Positions 1 to 9,108 of a stretch of 64,000 nucleotides of DNA are shown piece by piece. Position numbers and translations under genes: made by a program. Positions within the stretch are counted from its first letter, which is position 1. Each line of letters opens with the position of its first letter. The DNA lies in NCBI GenBank assembly GCA_963664115.2, contig CAXWPJ010000007.1, forward strand, positions 40,732-104,731, read 5' to 3'. This DNA comes from Terriglobia bacterium. GTDB lineage: Bacteria > Acidobacteriota > Terriglobia > 20CM-2-55-15. The notes below the pieces were generated by a model that worked only from the letters and a program-made list of their open reading frames with translations, ran no database searches and had not been told where the DNA came from.

Positions 1-2
1 CG

Positions 3-287
3 GTGGACCCGGGCGGCGAGGATAATTCTTTCTGGGTCTGCATTCGCGGAGAGGATGTCACGATCGAGCAAGGCCCACCGCCCCGAAGCAGCGCACGGAA
101 CCATCTTTCCGGAAAGGTGAGTGCGGTTTTCCCACAGGGAACACTCACGAAGGTGGTGCTGGACGTGGGATTCGAGCTGGTCGCTCTCGTAACCCGTCAG
201 GCGGCCCGAGACCTCAATCTGGCGCCGGGTGTCGGGATATCGGCCGTATTCAAAGCCTCGATCGTCCATCTCATCCCCACTAAATGA
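3..287 (+). CDS. C-terminal TOBE domain of a molybdate/tungstate-type ABC ATP-binding protein (5' truncated by window edge)
   Basis: SSARNHLSGKV...LVALVTRQAARDLNLAPG...AVFKAS is a typical TOBE/Mop signature. Confidence 0.8.
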   Translation: MDPGGEDNSFWVCIRGEDVTIEQGPPPRSSARNHLSGKVSAVFPQGTLTKVVLDVGFELVALVTRQAARDLNLAPGVGISAVFKASIVHLIPTK

Positions 288-696
288 CACTCGACAAGAC
301 GATCTGAAGTCCTTCGCGGTTCGTGTTCCAAGAGAGCCGTTCAGAAGCCTCCAGAGCCGGCAGCCAGGCATAAGCCACGTGTTCATCAGACAGAATCACT
401 GCATGGAATCGCTCGACTTCGGCTCCGACGAGGAGCTCCCTCACTTCGGCTGCATCCTTCTCGAAATGAAACTCGACTCCGGTCTCGACAAAGTGGAGAA
501 CGTCGGTGATGCCTGTTTCCTCTTCCAGTTCGCGCGCGGCCGAATGTAGGAAATTACGGTCTTCGGGCTCCATTTTTCCGGTCACAGGCTGCCAGATGTC
601 GCCCCGGTCGGGCGGGCGCTGGAGAAGAAGGACCTGGATCTCTGGCGCTCTGCAGTAAACAATGACTTGAACCTTTCGTATGATGACATCAGCCAT
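280..696 (-). CDS. NUDIX hydrolase, NudB-like
   Basis: WQPVTG followed by a Nudix box (AARELEEETG); LSDEH..Y.W C-terminal motif. Confidence 0.85.
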   Translation of the reverse strand: MADVIIRKVQVIVYCRAPEIQVLLLQRPPDRGDIWQPVTGKMEPEDRNFLHSAARELEEETGITDVLHFVETGVEFHFEKDAAEVRELLVGAEVERFHAVILSDEHVAYAWLPALEASERLSWNTNREGLQIVLSSVI

Positions 697-738
697 GATT
701 GCAGTGCATTGTAACCGTTCCGCATATGTGAGTCAGCG

Positions 739-1176
739 ATGTCGGCCGTGATCGAAGTCGGAGACGAACTGCGGATTCCGGAGGATGCACTCGAATTCCG
801 TGTGGGAACCAGCAGCGGCCCCGGGGGTCAGAACGTCAATCGCGTTCGGACTCGGGTCACCGTTTGTTTCGATGTGGCCCACGCCGCATGTCTGTCGGAC
901 CTACAGCGGCAACGCATTCTCGAACGTCTGGCGGCCCGGATTAACAAGGAGGGCATCCTCAAGGTCCGATCCCAGAAGCACAGGACGCAACAGATGAACC
1001 GCGCTGGGGCACAGGAACGGCTGATCGAGCTTCTGGGGGCCGCGCTGCATGTGGCACGACCCCGGAAAAAGACCCGGGCGAGCCGGGCCGCTAAGGAACG
1101 CCGGCTGGAGGACAAGAAGCGGCGTTCACGGCAAAAGCGGGACCGGACCCGGCCTGCGGGGATGGATCAGGATTGA
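739..1176 (+). CDS. arfB: Alternative ribosome rescue peptidyl-tRNA hydrolase ArfB (YaeJ)
   Basis: SSGPGGQNVN (GGQ motif), R.Q..NR, basic C-terminal tail. Confidence 0.93.
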   Translation: MSAVIEVGDELRIPEDALEFRVGTSSGPGGQNVNRVRTRVTVCFDVAHAACLSDLQRQRILERLAARINKEGILKVRSQKHRTQQMNRAGAQERLIELLGAALHVARPRKKTRASRAAKERRLEDKKRRSRQKRDRTRPAGMDQD

Positions 1177-1180
1177 AGCG

Positions 1181-1804
1181 GTGGGGCAGTCGCGACTGAC
1201 AATTGAGGACGGGGTGCGGGAAGTCGTCCGTTGGGCGCGGGCAGACCGGAACCCACCGGTAGTTGTGGGTATCGGGGGAGGCTCGTGTGCAGGAAAGACG
1301 AGCGTTTCCCTTGCTTTGAGGGAAGGGATTGCGGATTCGGGCATTCTTGAAATGGATGCGTATTACCATAGCCGCGCAGATGTGGGCGAACAGGTCGATG
1401 TCAACTTCGACGAGCCAGGGGCCCTGGACTTCACATTATTAAAAAGACACTTGAAGTTTCTACGTTCAGGTATTGGAATTCATAAGCCTGTTTACGATTT
1501 TAAAAAACATGTGCGGTCCGGTACGGAATGGTTCGCTCCGTGCCGGGTCATTATCCTGGACGGCATCTTCGCCTTGCATTCAAGCCTGGAGGGATGGCTG
1601 GATTTTGGGATCTTCGTGGATTGCGACGCGGTGGAGCGCTTGCGGCGGAGGCTCAAGCGGGATCGTGTCGAGCGTGGCCGGACTTGGGCAAGCGTCCGCC
1701 ACCAATTCGAAACCACCGTGCAACCGATGTTTCTAATCCATGTCGAGGGAACGCGGACGGCGGCCAACATCGTCATCTCGAATCAAAAGCACCTTCAGCT
1801 CTAA
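1181..1804 (+). CDS. udk: Uridine kinase family protein
   Basis: GIGGGSCAGKT P-loop, NFDEP, P.YDF..H.R, RRL.RD..ERGR; start moved to GTG 1181 just after the arfB stop. Confidence 0.85.
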   Translation: MGQSRLTIEDGVREVVRWARADRNPPVVVGIGGGSCAGKTSVSLALREGIADSGILEMDAYYHSRADVGEQVDVNFDEPGALDFTLLKRHLKFLRSGIGIHKPVYDFKKHVRSGTEWFAPCRVIILDGIFALHSSLEGWLDFGIFVDCDAVERLRRRLKRDRVERGRTWASVRHQFETTVQPMFLIHVEGTRTAANIVISNQKHLQL

Positions 1805-1873
1805 AGAAAGCGTCCCCTGTTGCCGATCTGTCTATTAACGATACGGACGATACTCCTAAGGGGAGAGACCGGC

Positions 1874-2047
1874 ATGGACGCCATAATAGTGAGTGAATTG
1901 GACAAGATTATCGCCTCGCTCGAGGTGATCGAGAACCAGTTAACGAAGGTCAAGGCCAGCGAAGAAGGCGCGGTATGGATTCGCTCAGAGTTTCCGCCGA
2001 TGCCCTTTCCGGCATTCGACCAGGAATCTTCATCACTTCCCATCTGA
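1874..2047 (+). CDS. Small hypothetical protein (57 aa)
   Basis: ATG 1874 preceded by AAGGGGAGAG; amphipathic, coiled-coil-like N-terminal half. Confidence 0.45.
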   Translation: MDAIIVSELDKIIASLEVIENQLTKVKASEEGAVWIRSEFPPMPFPAFDQESSSLPI

Positions 2048-2106
2048 GGACGCGCCCACACGGTCTGGGGAAGTCGCTTCGAGTTCAGAAGCTCAACTGC
2101 TCGGAC

Positions 2107-2148
2107 ACGCCCGCGAGAATTCGAAGCTCTGACCTTCGGATTCGTAGT
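2107..2148 (-). repeat. Direct repeat of the tRNA-Arg 3' half (att-like island boundary)
   Basis: acgcccgcgagaattcgaagctctgaccttcggattcgtagt matches 14665-14706 at 39/42 nt. Confidence 0.9.
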
Positions 2149-2432
2149 TCAATCCCTAACTTTTCAGCTGTTTTAATTCCGTTCAGACTGTCTGCTAATA
2201 CGTTGACAGTATGCGCCTTCTCGTCAAAGTCACACCCCATCCCTTTTTGGCTGTTTTTGGGTGTCTTCAGGCGTGTTGGTAGATGTTGTTAAATGCGGTA
2301 CCCTCGGACGCAACGCGATGTTTAAGAAGAACTGAACAAGCGGATTCAATATGTTCTCAGTGAAGCCGGTGGGGACACGGATGAAGTGGCCTTTTGTCGG
2401 CCGCCTATCACTGCTTTCGGTTCTCTTTACGT

Positions 2433-2447
2433 TGGCACTGCGCTTGC
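2433..2447 (+). promoter_or_regulatory. Putative sigma-54 (-24/-12) promoter
   Basis: TGGCAC-tgcgc-TTGC, an exact TGGCAC-N5-TTGC match ~100 bp upstream of the 2545 CDS. Confidence 0.6.
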
Positions 2448-2544
2448 CACTATGTTTGTACGACCTTTTAACCGGGGAGCGATCAACGCCACTCCACTGT
2501 CAACGAACATTAACGTGATTACTACAACTTATTGAGGAGTGATT

Positions 2545-3540
2545 ATGGCTAAAAAAACGAACAGACGCGAGTTTGTCAAGGTCGCTGGACTGGCGGCCTC
2601 GGGCTGGATGGCGACGGCCCGTGCGGTGAGCGGAGCAGTTCCTGAGTCGCAGGGGCAACCGGCGCCAAGAACAATGGGTGCGCGCTTTCGCGCGTTGATG
2701 AATGGGCCGGAACCGCTTATATGCCCGAACGGTTATGACACGCTTACGGCTCGTCTGATCGAGGCTCACGGCTTCAAAGGAGTGTTTATCGGCAGCAGTG
2801 TCGCTAATCAAGCCCTGGCCGGTATGCCGGACCAGGCGATCGTCACGGTGTCCGAGATCATCGAATATGATAGTACTGTCGCCGCGAACGTGGATATTCC
2901 TGTCCTTGCGGATCTCGATGACTTCGGCGCCACGCCTCTCACTATTTACCGCCTCGCGCAAAAGGCTGAACGCGGTGGGATCGGCTGCGCGGCCTTCGAT
3001 GACCGAATGCCCCTCAACCGCGCCACGGCCTATGCCGTTCCGGGTGTCCACCCCAGGGCTCGCATGATCGACAATATTCATGCAGCAGCCGACGCGCGTA
3101 CGGACATGGTCCTGATCGTGCGCTGTCTTGCGCCCACTCCGAATAATTCGTACAACGAGATGCTGGACCGGGCCGCCGCTTACGCCGAAGCCGGCGCTGA
3201 CGCTGTGTGGCTGGGATTGCCGACGGCCGAAGACTACGTACAGGCTGCCGGCATGATCACGAAGCCGCTGATGGCTACCGTCGGTGGCGCAAATTTACCG
3301 GCAACGGCGGCCGCTATGCTAGCAGCTCGAATCACCGTGGGTCAGGTCCCCAGCATGGTAGACATTGCGTTAGGCGCCATCGACAGAACACTGGTCGAAT
3401 TGAAAGCGACCGGACATAGGACCGAAGCAATAAAGGGGGCGCTGAACCGGGAGATGTCGCAGAAAATTAAGCAAGTTGAAGAACTCAATGCGCTCTCACG
3501 GAAGTACAATCTTCCCAGCGCCTCGGCTCCGGAACGCTAG
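2545..3540 (+). CDS. Isocitrate lyase/PEP mutase family protein with Tat signal
   Basis: NRREFVK twin-arginine leader; YD.LTARLIE..GF, G.PD, PVLADLDDFG, RAAAYAEAGADAV; RBS GAGGAG. Confidence 0.85.
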   Translation: MAKKTNRREFVKVAGLAASGWMATARAVSGAVPESQGQPAPRTMGARFRALMNGPEPLICPNGYDTLTARLIEAHGFKGVFIGSSVANQALAGMPDQAIVTVSEIIEYDSTVAANVDIPVLADLDDFGATPLTIYRLAQKAERGGIGCAAFDDRMPLNRATAYAVPGVHPRARMIDNIHAAADARTDMVLIVRCLAPTPNNSYNEMLDRAAAYAEAGADAVWLGLPTAEDYVQAAGMITKPLMATVGGANLPATAAAMLAARITVGQVPSMVDIALGAIDRTLVELKATGHRTEAIKGALNREMSQKIKQVEELNALSRKYNLPSASAPER

Positions 3541-3580
3541 CCCGCGTTGACAGCCCGCGTTGGCAAGGATGCCTGCTGAG

Positions 3581-4375
3581 GGCTCTGTCAACTTATCTTC
3601 CAACGGCCGAACCGATGGCATTTGGTCGCGAGTTGATCAGGCTGCCGTCACCGCTTCCCAAGTCGCAAAAGAACGCGCCCTCAACATGCGGTGGTGAACT
3701 GCTTTTAGTCTGTGCCTGGCCAAGCGGAAAAGATTCAGAACAACACCGTGAACATAGAGGAATCGTTGAGCGTGCGCAGGCGACTTGAATTTCCTCATCT
3801 GCCGTTCGTGCTGTCGGGTAGGTTGGTGTGAGGCTTCCGCTCGATTGTTCGCGTAACGTTCAGTGTCATGATTCGTCGAAGGCATGATCGTCCGGAGCGC
3901 TGCGCCGTGACTCTTCAACTTATCGGTGACGATTCGCAGCGGAGTCTTTCCTTGACCTTTCAAGAGTTTGCGAAAGAAGCGCTCCGCTGCACGACGGTTG
4001 CGCCGCGACTGAACGAGGATATCGATCACGTCACCGTCTTGATCCACGGCACGCCACAGGTATTGCCGTTGACCGTTGATCGTCACGAAGACCTCGTCGA
4101 GGAACCCTGTATCTCCGAGTCGACCTTGTCGTCGCTTCAGGCGCTTGGCATAGTCGAGCCCGAACTTCGCACACCACCGGCGAATTGTCTCGTAGGACAC
4201 GGTGATTCCTCGCTCGGCCAGCAAATCCTCGACTTCCCGAAAGCTGAGACTGAATCGATAGTAAAGCCAGACTGCATGCCTGATGATTTCAGCGGGATAG
4301 CGGTGTCCGTGGTAGCGGGATTGGGCGCTTTTCATCCAATCAGTGTGGCAGGTATGGTCTCAAGTTGACAATGCC
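3581..4375. mobile_element. IS6 family insertion sequence
   Basis: Terminal inverted repeats ggctctgtcaactt (3581-3594) and aagttgacaatgcc (4362-4375), 12/14 match, around a transposase. Confidence 0.92.
3637..4335 (-). CDS. IS6 family DDE transposase
   Basis: GHRYPAEII..AVWLYYRF.LS.R.VE, LDEVFV, YLWRAVD, IVTDK, NNRAE.SH. Confidence 0.95.
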   Translation of the reverse strand: MKSAQSRYHGHRYPAEIIRHAVWLYYRFSLSFREVEDLLAERGITVSYETIRRWCAKFGLDYAKRLKRRQGRLGDTGFLDEVFVTINGQRQYLWRAVDQDGDVIDILVQSRRNRRAAERFFRKLLKGQGKTPLRIVTDKLKSHGAALRTIMPSTNHDTERYANNRAEASHQPTRQHERQMRKFKSPAHAQRFLYVHGVVLNLFRLARHRLKAVHHRMLRARSFATWEAVTAA

Positions 4376-4678
4376 ATCTGGATTCCTCTGTCAAGTAGGC
4401 GTAACTCTCCTGTCTGTTTTCTCCCGCAAATATATTCAGCAGGACTGACTAGAGGTTGCGAGGTGAGTAGCTAGTCGACTGCATCCGTATCTTCGGCCTC
4501 AAAAGTGGAACGGTATTGTTCCGGGCCATGATGGAAATTTGCGCGCGGGGAGCCATCCAACAAAGACGTCTTGAGGACACCCGCGTCGCTTCAAATTCAC
4601 GGCCCACGGGTTTCGACCGTTCGGTTCAGCGTTCCACGCGGTGGGAAACAACCCGCGAAGTGTGGTATGAACTAAAGG

Positions 4679-5080
4679 ATGTCAGAATTTGGAGAAGCAA
4701 CTGGAGAAGTCCTTGGACAACATCTGATCGCCGACATGACGGGGTTGTCCCCTGTCCTCCTGCGTGATGGTGAGCGGATCATGCATGTTCTTAACGACGC
4801 GTTGGCGCTGGCAGGTTTTCACTCCATCAGGAGCGTGGAACATCACTTCGTCGAGCGTGGTGCGGGATTTACGGGGATGGTCCTTTTGGCGGAATCCCAT
4901 GCCGCCGTTCATACCTATCCCGAGCAGGAATACCTCGCGCTCGACATCTTCGCTTGCGGCGGTATCGATCCATCCACCGTCATGGACGCGTTGGTTCGAG
5001 AGCTGGGTCCTACATCAGTCGACGTGCGGACTCTGACACGCGCTCCTCGCGCGAGCATTCCCGCGGACAGAAAAACCTAA
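4679..5080 (+). CDS. speD: S-adenosylmethionine decarboxylase proenzyme
   Basis: G.HLIAD, G.TG.VLLAESH..VHTYPE (E-S autocleavage site), DIF.CG. Confidence 0.9.
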   Translation: MSEFGEATGEVLGQHLIADMTGLSPVLLRDGERIMHVLNDALALAGFHSIRSVEHHFVERGAGFTGMVLLAESHAAVHTYPEQEYLALDIFACGGIDPSTVMDALVRELGPTSVDVRTLTRAPRASIPADRKT

Positions 5081-5134
5081 TCCGGAGGGATATCACCCGA
5101 AAATGTTCGGGGTGAGGCCGGATTTGGCCTACCC

Positions 5135-6142
5135 TCAGAAGGTCCACACGATCAGGATCGAAGCGCCGATGTAGCCGAACGCTTCGAGGAGGCCGGCGCC
5201 GATGTTAGGATGTTCCTGCGTCTGTTCGTCGGCAAGTTTGACGCCCGGCGCCAGTAAGATGTCGGTGAATTTGTGGACGAAGAACAACATGATGAAGCCA
5301 AATGTGACATCGACCGCGAACAGCATCAGGCTATCGGTCCAGCCGGTGAAATCGCCGCCGACTGCCACACTGATGACATTGCCGATTCCGATGAGCGCTC
5401 CTCCGAACGCGAGGCCTACCGCAGCGTTATCTCTCTCCAGTTCTTCAAGAAACTTGTATGGGGTCACCCACTCGTACAGTCGTCCGGCGATCACCAATAC
5501 CACCTGGGCGAGTAACCAGAAAGCCAGTAGGACTAGCATGCCCGAACCCATGGCGCTGAATGCGCTCGCCGCGGGAGAAGCTCCCCCTAATTCGCCCTCG
5601 GTGGCACGGAGAATGATCAGGCCGTTGGCGATATATACGCCGGCCTCGACGTACCCCACGCCGAGGTTGCGATCTTGGACAATCTCTTTGGTGTTGTTGA
5701 ATGTAGGCAGAAGGATTTTTTCGCACATGAAGCTCGCCAGAAGCATAAGGACGATTGCAGAAAGACCGTAGATAGCGATCGTAACCACGTCTGTTCCGAG
5801 ACCCTGTGATTCGCCCGAAATCGCCCCACCGAAAGCGACCAGAATGCCGAAGTAATAGCCCACCGTGGAGATTGCGAGCGCCTGATTGTCCCGGGTGAAG
5901 AGTTCCGCATTCAACTCCACACGCCGATATAGACTGGAATAAGCGAATTTCGCGATCCACAAGAGAACAAACGCTTCGAGGATATAAACGAAGGATTCGC
6001 CGATTAGATACAAATTATCTACCAGAGAAACCTGCACCAACTGCGGCGTAGAAGTTTGCGCAGAGAGTGTAAATCCCAGTCCGGCGAATACCGGAGCGGC
6101 TAAGCCAAGTACGACAGCGAGAATGGCCGGCTGTTTGCTCAT
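5135..6142 (-). CDS. Tandem DUF350 (YjfL-like) membrane protein
   Basis: Repeated EL...DN.A.A/N.G.G motifs between TM helices; probable start ATG 6142 (MSKQPA), since the track's longer N-terminus overlaps the upstream gene. Confidence 0.8.
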   Translation of the reverse strand: MSKQPAILAVVLGLAAPVFAGLGFTLSAQTSTPQLVQVSLVDNLYLIGESFVYILEAFVLLWIAKFAYSSLYRRVELNAELFTRDNQALAISTVGYYFGILVAFGGAISGESQGLGTDVVTIAIYGLSAIVLMLLASFMCEKILLPTFNNTKEIVQDRNLGVGYVEAGVYIANGLIILRATEGELGGASPAASAFSAMGSGMLVLLAFWLLAQVVLVIAGRLYEWVTPYKFLEELERDNAAVGLAFGGALIGIGNVISVAVGGDFTGWTDSLMLFAVDVTFGFIMLFFVHKFTDILLAPGVKLADEQTQEHPNIGAGLLEAFGYIGASILIVWTF

Positions 6143-6173
6143 AATGAAATTCCTGTTGTGTCGTCGATCGCGA

Positions 6174-6929
6174 TCATTTTCCAAAGCTGCGCCCGCCTGA
6201 GACCGCCCGACTGCTTGCTCTGGCCTGAAAACGCGCCTGTTTGGCCTGATACCTCTGAGAGAAAGATGGCCGCGTTGTGGCAGTAGCCGTACCGTTCGCG
6301 CCGAAGGTGGGCCGTCCTCCAGTCTGAGGGCCGTAGTAGGGCTGTCCGCGATTCCTCGTGCCGACGTAGGTGCCGTAATCTCCCCGATTGATCCGGTGCC
6401 CACCCAACGCGGTCCTCATGAACGCGTACTGCCCGTAAAAAATCCAGAAACCGCCGGCACCAAAATACCCGTATTGGCTGCGACCCACATGCTGATAGTA
6501 GGGCGGGTGGCTCTGGTCATAGCCGGTCAAGGTGCCATCCGCATTCTTTGCGGCCACGACCATACCTATGGATCGCTCATAACGGTCCACCAGACGGTCG
6601 GAGATCGAATAGGTGTTCACCTGTTCATCAAACTCGGCCGCCTCGCCCTCGTCGGGGTTCTCTCCGATCGGTTCAGCGACCAGGTAGCTGCTCTTGAGCG
6701 TCATCGAGTTCCGCAGAAATCCGTCGTCGACATCGTCCACGATGATCGAATACTCGGAATATTCGGCAAGCTGTCGCGCCAACTCTGGGACCGGGTCATT
6801 GCGCGACAGCCAGCCGCCGACTACCCAGAATCCCAGCAGTACCACGACGGCGACCATCCCTGCCTGGATCCAGCGTTCCTCGCTTGTCTGCCTGGGCATC
6901 TCTCGACGCCTTGGATCATTTCTGTTCAT
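6174..6929 (-). CDS. Single-TM hypothetical protein with Gly/Tyr/Arg-rich tail ending GGRSFGK
   Basis: N-terminal TM helix, FW.FYGQYAFM motif, low-complexity tail; lies in operon between DUF4178 and DUF350 genes. Confidence 0.8.
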   Translation of the reverse strand: MNRNDPRRREMPRQTSEERWIQAGMVAVVVLLGFWVVGGWLSRNDPVPELARQLAEYSEYSIIVDDVDDGFLRNSMTLKSSYLVAEPIGENPDEGEAAEFDEQVNTYSISDRLVDRYERSIGMVVAAKNADGTLTGYDQSHPPYYQHVGRSQYGYFGAGGFWIFYGQYAFMRTALGGHRINRGDYGTYVGTRNRGQPYYGPQTGGRPTFGANGTATATTRPSFSQRYQAKQARFQARASSRAVSGGRSFGK

Positions 6930-6937
6930 GGTAGTTC

Positions 6938-7486
6938 CTAAGCGTCCCCACTCGGCAGGATGTTTGTGAACTGATACTCTTCCACATATTCGCCGACGAC
7001 AGACTTGAAATCCCTTTCTCCGTACTGCGTGACGAACAGTACATTGTTTCCTGTATCGTCACAATAGGTCCAACTGATGAAGTCTTTACCCGGGCCCTCG
7101 GCGTTTTCATGGAACCGACCTGCGCCGCTCTCCATCAGCCTATGGCTTCGCCCATTGCGGGTCAAGGTCTTAGGTGGATCTTCATGTCGGCGGGTATGTT
7201 CAATGACTTCTTCGGAGATCTCGCTGATAGAAATGCTTTCTGTCAGCGTCCAGGTGATCCCGTCGTCACTCGCACGTTCCAGATAGAGGACCTTGTCGGA
7301 GGTTTCGAGCACCCATTCTCTGGTCTCGACTCCAGAGTAGTCGTAGGTATTGTACCCCTTGACCTCCCAGGTCTTCATATCGTAATCGACCAGATATCCA
7401 ACCTTCATAACGCCCAGTTCAAAGTCCACCTGCGTGTCGGATTCTGCATCGTCTTGGCCACGGCCAAACCATTTTTTCCATCCCAT
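6938..7486 (-). CDS. DUF4178 domain protein
   Basis: G.LVDYD..TWEV, YDY....EW.L, beta-rich aromatic composition; operon context. Confidence 0.7.
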   Translation of the reverse strand: MGWKKWFGRGQDDAESDTQVDFELGVMKVGYLVDYDMKTWEVKGYNTYDYSGVETREWVLETSDKVLYLERASDDGITWTLTESISISEISEEVIEHTRRHEDPPKTLTRNGRSHRLMESGAGRFHENAEGPGKDFISWTYCDDTGNNVLFVTQYGERDFKSVVGEYVEEYQFTNILPSGDA

Positions 7487-7515
7487 CTTTCATCATCCCC
7501 CTAGGGAGCATCGGA

Positions 7516-9108
7516 CTACCATCGAGCGAGATCGTCCCGATAATACCCCGCCAGAGTCGGTCGTGCCAAGGTATTAGGCTCGACCTCAACACGGGTCATG
7601 TCCGCATCAAAATGTAAATTGGCCAAGAACAATTCCTTGTTCAGGTAACGCAGCCCGGGCATAAACTGAACGCTGCCAGGATCGATCGGTGCCTCGGACC
7701 CGATATGAAAGCCCCATTCGCCGAAGGAAGGTACGTAGGCGTGAAACGAGAGCACCTCGAGATCCGCTTCTTCCATCGATTTGCCGATACACCAGTAGGC
7801 CTGGCGCGTGTAGTAAGGGCTCGTCGCCTGAGTAATTACCACTCCTCCGGGAGCCAGATGCCGACGAATCAGCTTGTACGCTTCGACCGAGAACAGTTTT
7901 GAGATCTCTTCTTCTCGCGGATCTGGAAGATCGATTACCACCACCGAATAGGGTTCGTGTTCCCTCTGCAGAAAACTAAACCCATCTTCGTTAATCACCC
8001 GGACCCGGGGGTGGCTCAGGGCGTTCCGGTTCAGGTCGGTAAAATAGAGATTGCGCCTGGCCAGCGTCGTCATGGCCGGATCGAGGTCCACCAGCTCGAT
8101 CTCGTCCACCTCGGAATACCGCAGGATTTCACGAACGGCGAGACCGTCACCGCCGCCGACGACCAGAACCCGTGCCCGGCTATGCGAAAACGCCATGGCA
8201 GGGTGGACCAGCGCTTCGTGATACCGGTACTCGTCGACTGAGGAGAACTGTAGATGCTCGTTCAAAAAGAGCCGGGTTTCATCCTTCCAGCGCGTAACCA
8301 CAATCTTCTGATATTCGGTCTCCGTGCTGAAAACCACCTGGCCTTCGTAGAGGGAATCTTCCCACCGATCCATCAGGGGCTGGGCTTGACTTGCGAATAC
8401 AGCCAACACAGTAGAAATCAGGACGCCCTGGACGACGAGTCGTGCCCGGTCTCCGGCCGATATTTGGGCCCACACGGCGAGAAGGATGGCCGAACCAGCG
8501 GCAACGTTGAGGGCGCCGGCGAGGAGTGATGTATGAAACGCCCCGAGAACCGGCAAACAAAAGAATGGGAAGAGAACAGCGGCGACCAGAGCGCCAACGT
8601 AATCGACCGAAAGCACATTCGACAGGATCGTCCGCAACGATCCGTGTCTTCGCAGGATCCGTGTGAGGAGCGGGATCTCCAGTCCGATGAGCGTGCCGAT
8701 GATCAGGATGATGACCAGCATCAGGTATTTGTAGACGCTGGTGTAGGCGTTCGCGAGGTACAGAGCGGGAACTGTCAGACCTCCGAACAACCCGAGCCAC
8801 AGTTCCAACGCCACCAACCGCCGGATCAAGTTCCCGTGAACGGCCCTCGAGATCCACGAGCCCAGGCCCATCGCGAAAAGAAAGAATCCGATCGTCAGCG
8901 AGTACTGTTGGACGCTGTTGCCCAGGAAATACGACGAGATACTTCCGACCAGTAACTCGTAGACGATTCCGCACGCCGCGGCGACGAAAATCGATGCGAG
9001 TATCAGGAACAGACCCAGCCGCGACAGCCTTTCTTCTCCCAACCCGACATCGTCGAACTCTAGTTCGTTGGGGGTAAGATTGGTGTCAGGTGTCTTGCTG
9101 ATGCTCAT
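7516..9108 (-). CDS. speE: Polyamine aminopropyltransferase with N-terminal multi-TM domain
   Basis: CG.VYEL TM domain; YQ.I, LQFSS.DEYRYHEALVHP, VGGGDG, VDLDP, IDLPDP, PSFGEWGF. Confidence 0.92.
   Translation of the reverse strand: MSISKTPDTNLTPNELEFDDVGLGEERLSRLGLFLILASIFVAAACGIVYELLVGSISSYFLGNSVQQYSLTIGFFLFAMGLGSWISRAVHGNLIRRLVALELWLGLFGGLTVPALYLANAYTSVYKYLMLVIILIIGTLIGLEIPLLTRILRRHGSLRTILSNVLSVDYVGALVAAVLFPFFCLPVLGAFHTSLLAGALNVAAGSAILLAVWAQISAGDRARLVVQGVLISTVLAVFASQAQPLMDRWEDSLYEGQVVFSTETEYQKIVVTRWKDETRLFLNEHLQFSSVDEYRYHEALVHPAMAFSHSRARVLVVGGGDGLAVREILRYSEVDEIELVDLDPAMTTLARRNLYFTDLNRNALSHPRVRVINEDGFSFLQREHEPYSVVVIDLPDPREEEISKLFSVEAYKLIRRHLAPGGVVITQATSPYYTRQAYWCIGKSMEEADLEVLSFHAYVPSFGEWGFHIGSEAPIDPGSVQFMPGLRYLNKELFLANLHFDADMTRVEVEPNTLARPTLAGYYRDDLARW

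Noticed and set aside
4386-4420. ctctgtcaagtaggcgtaact as the end of another IS
   Set aside because: No partner inverted repeat or transposase fragment identified.
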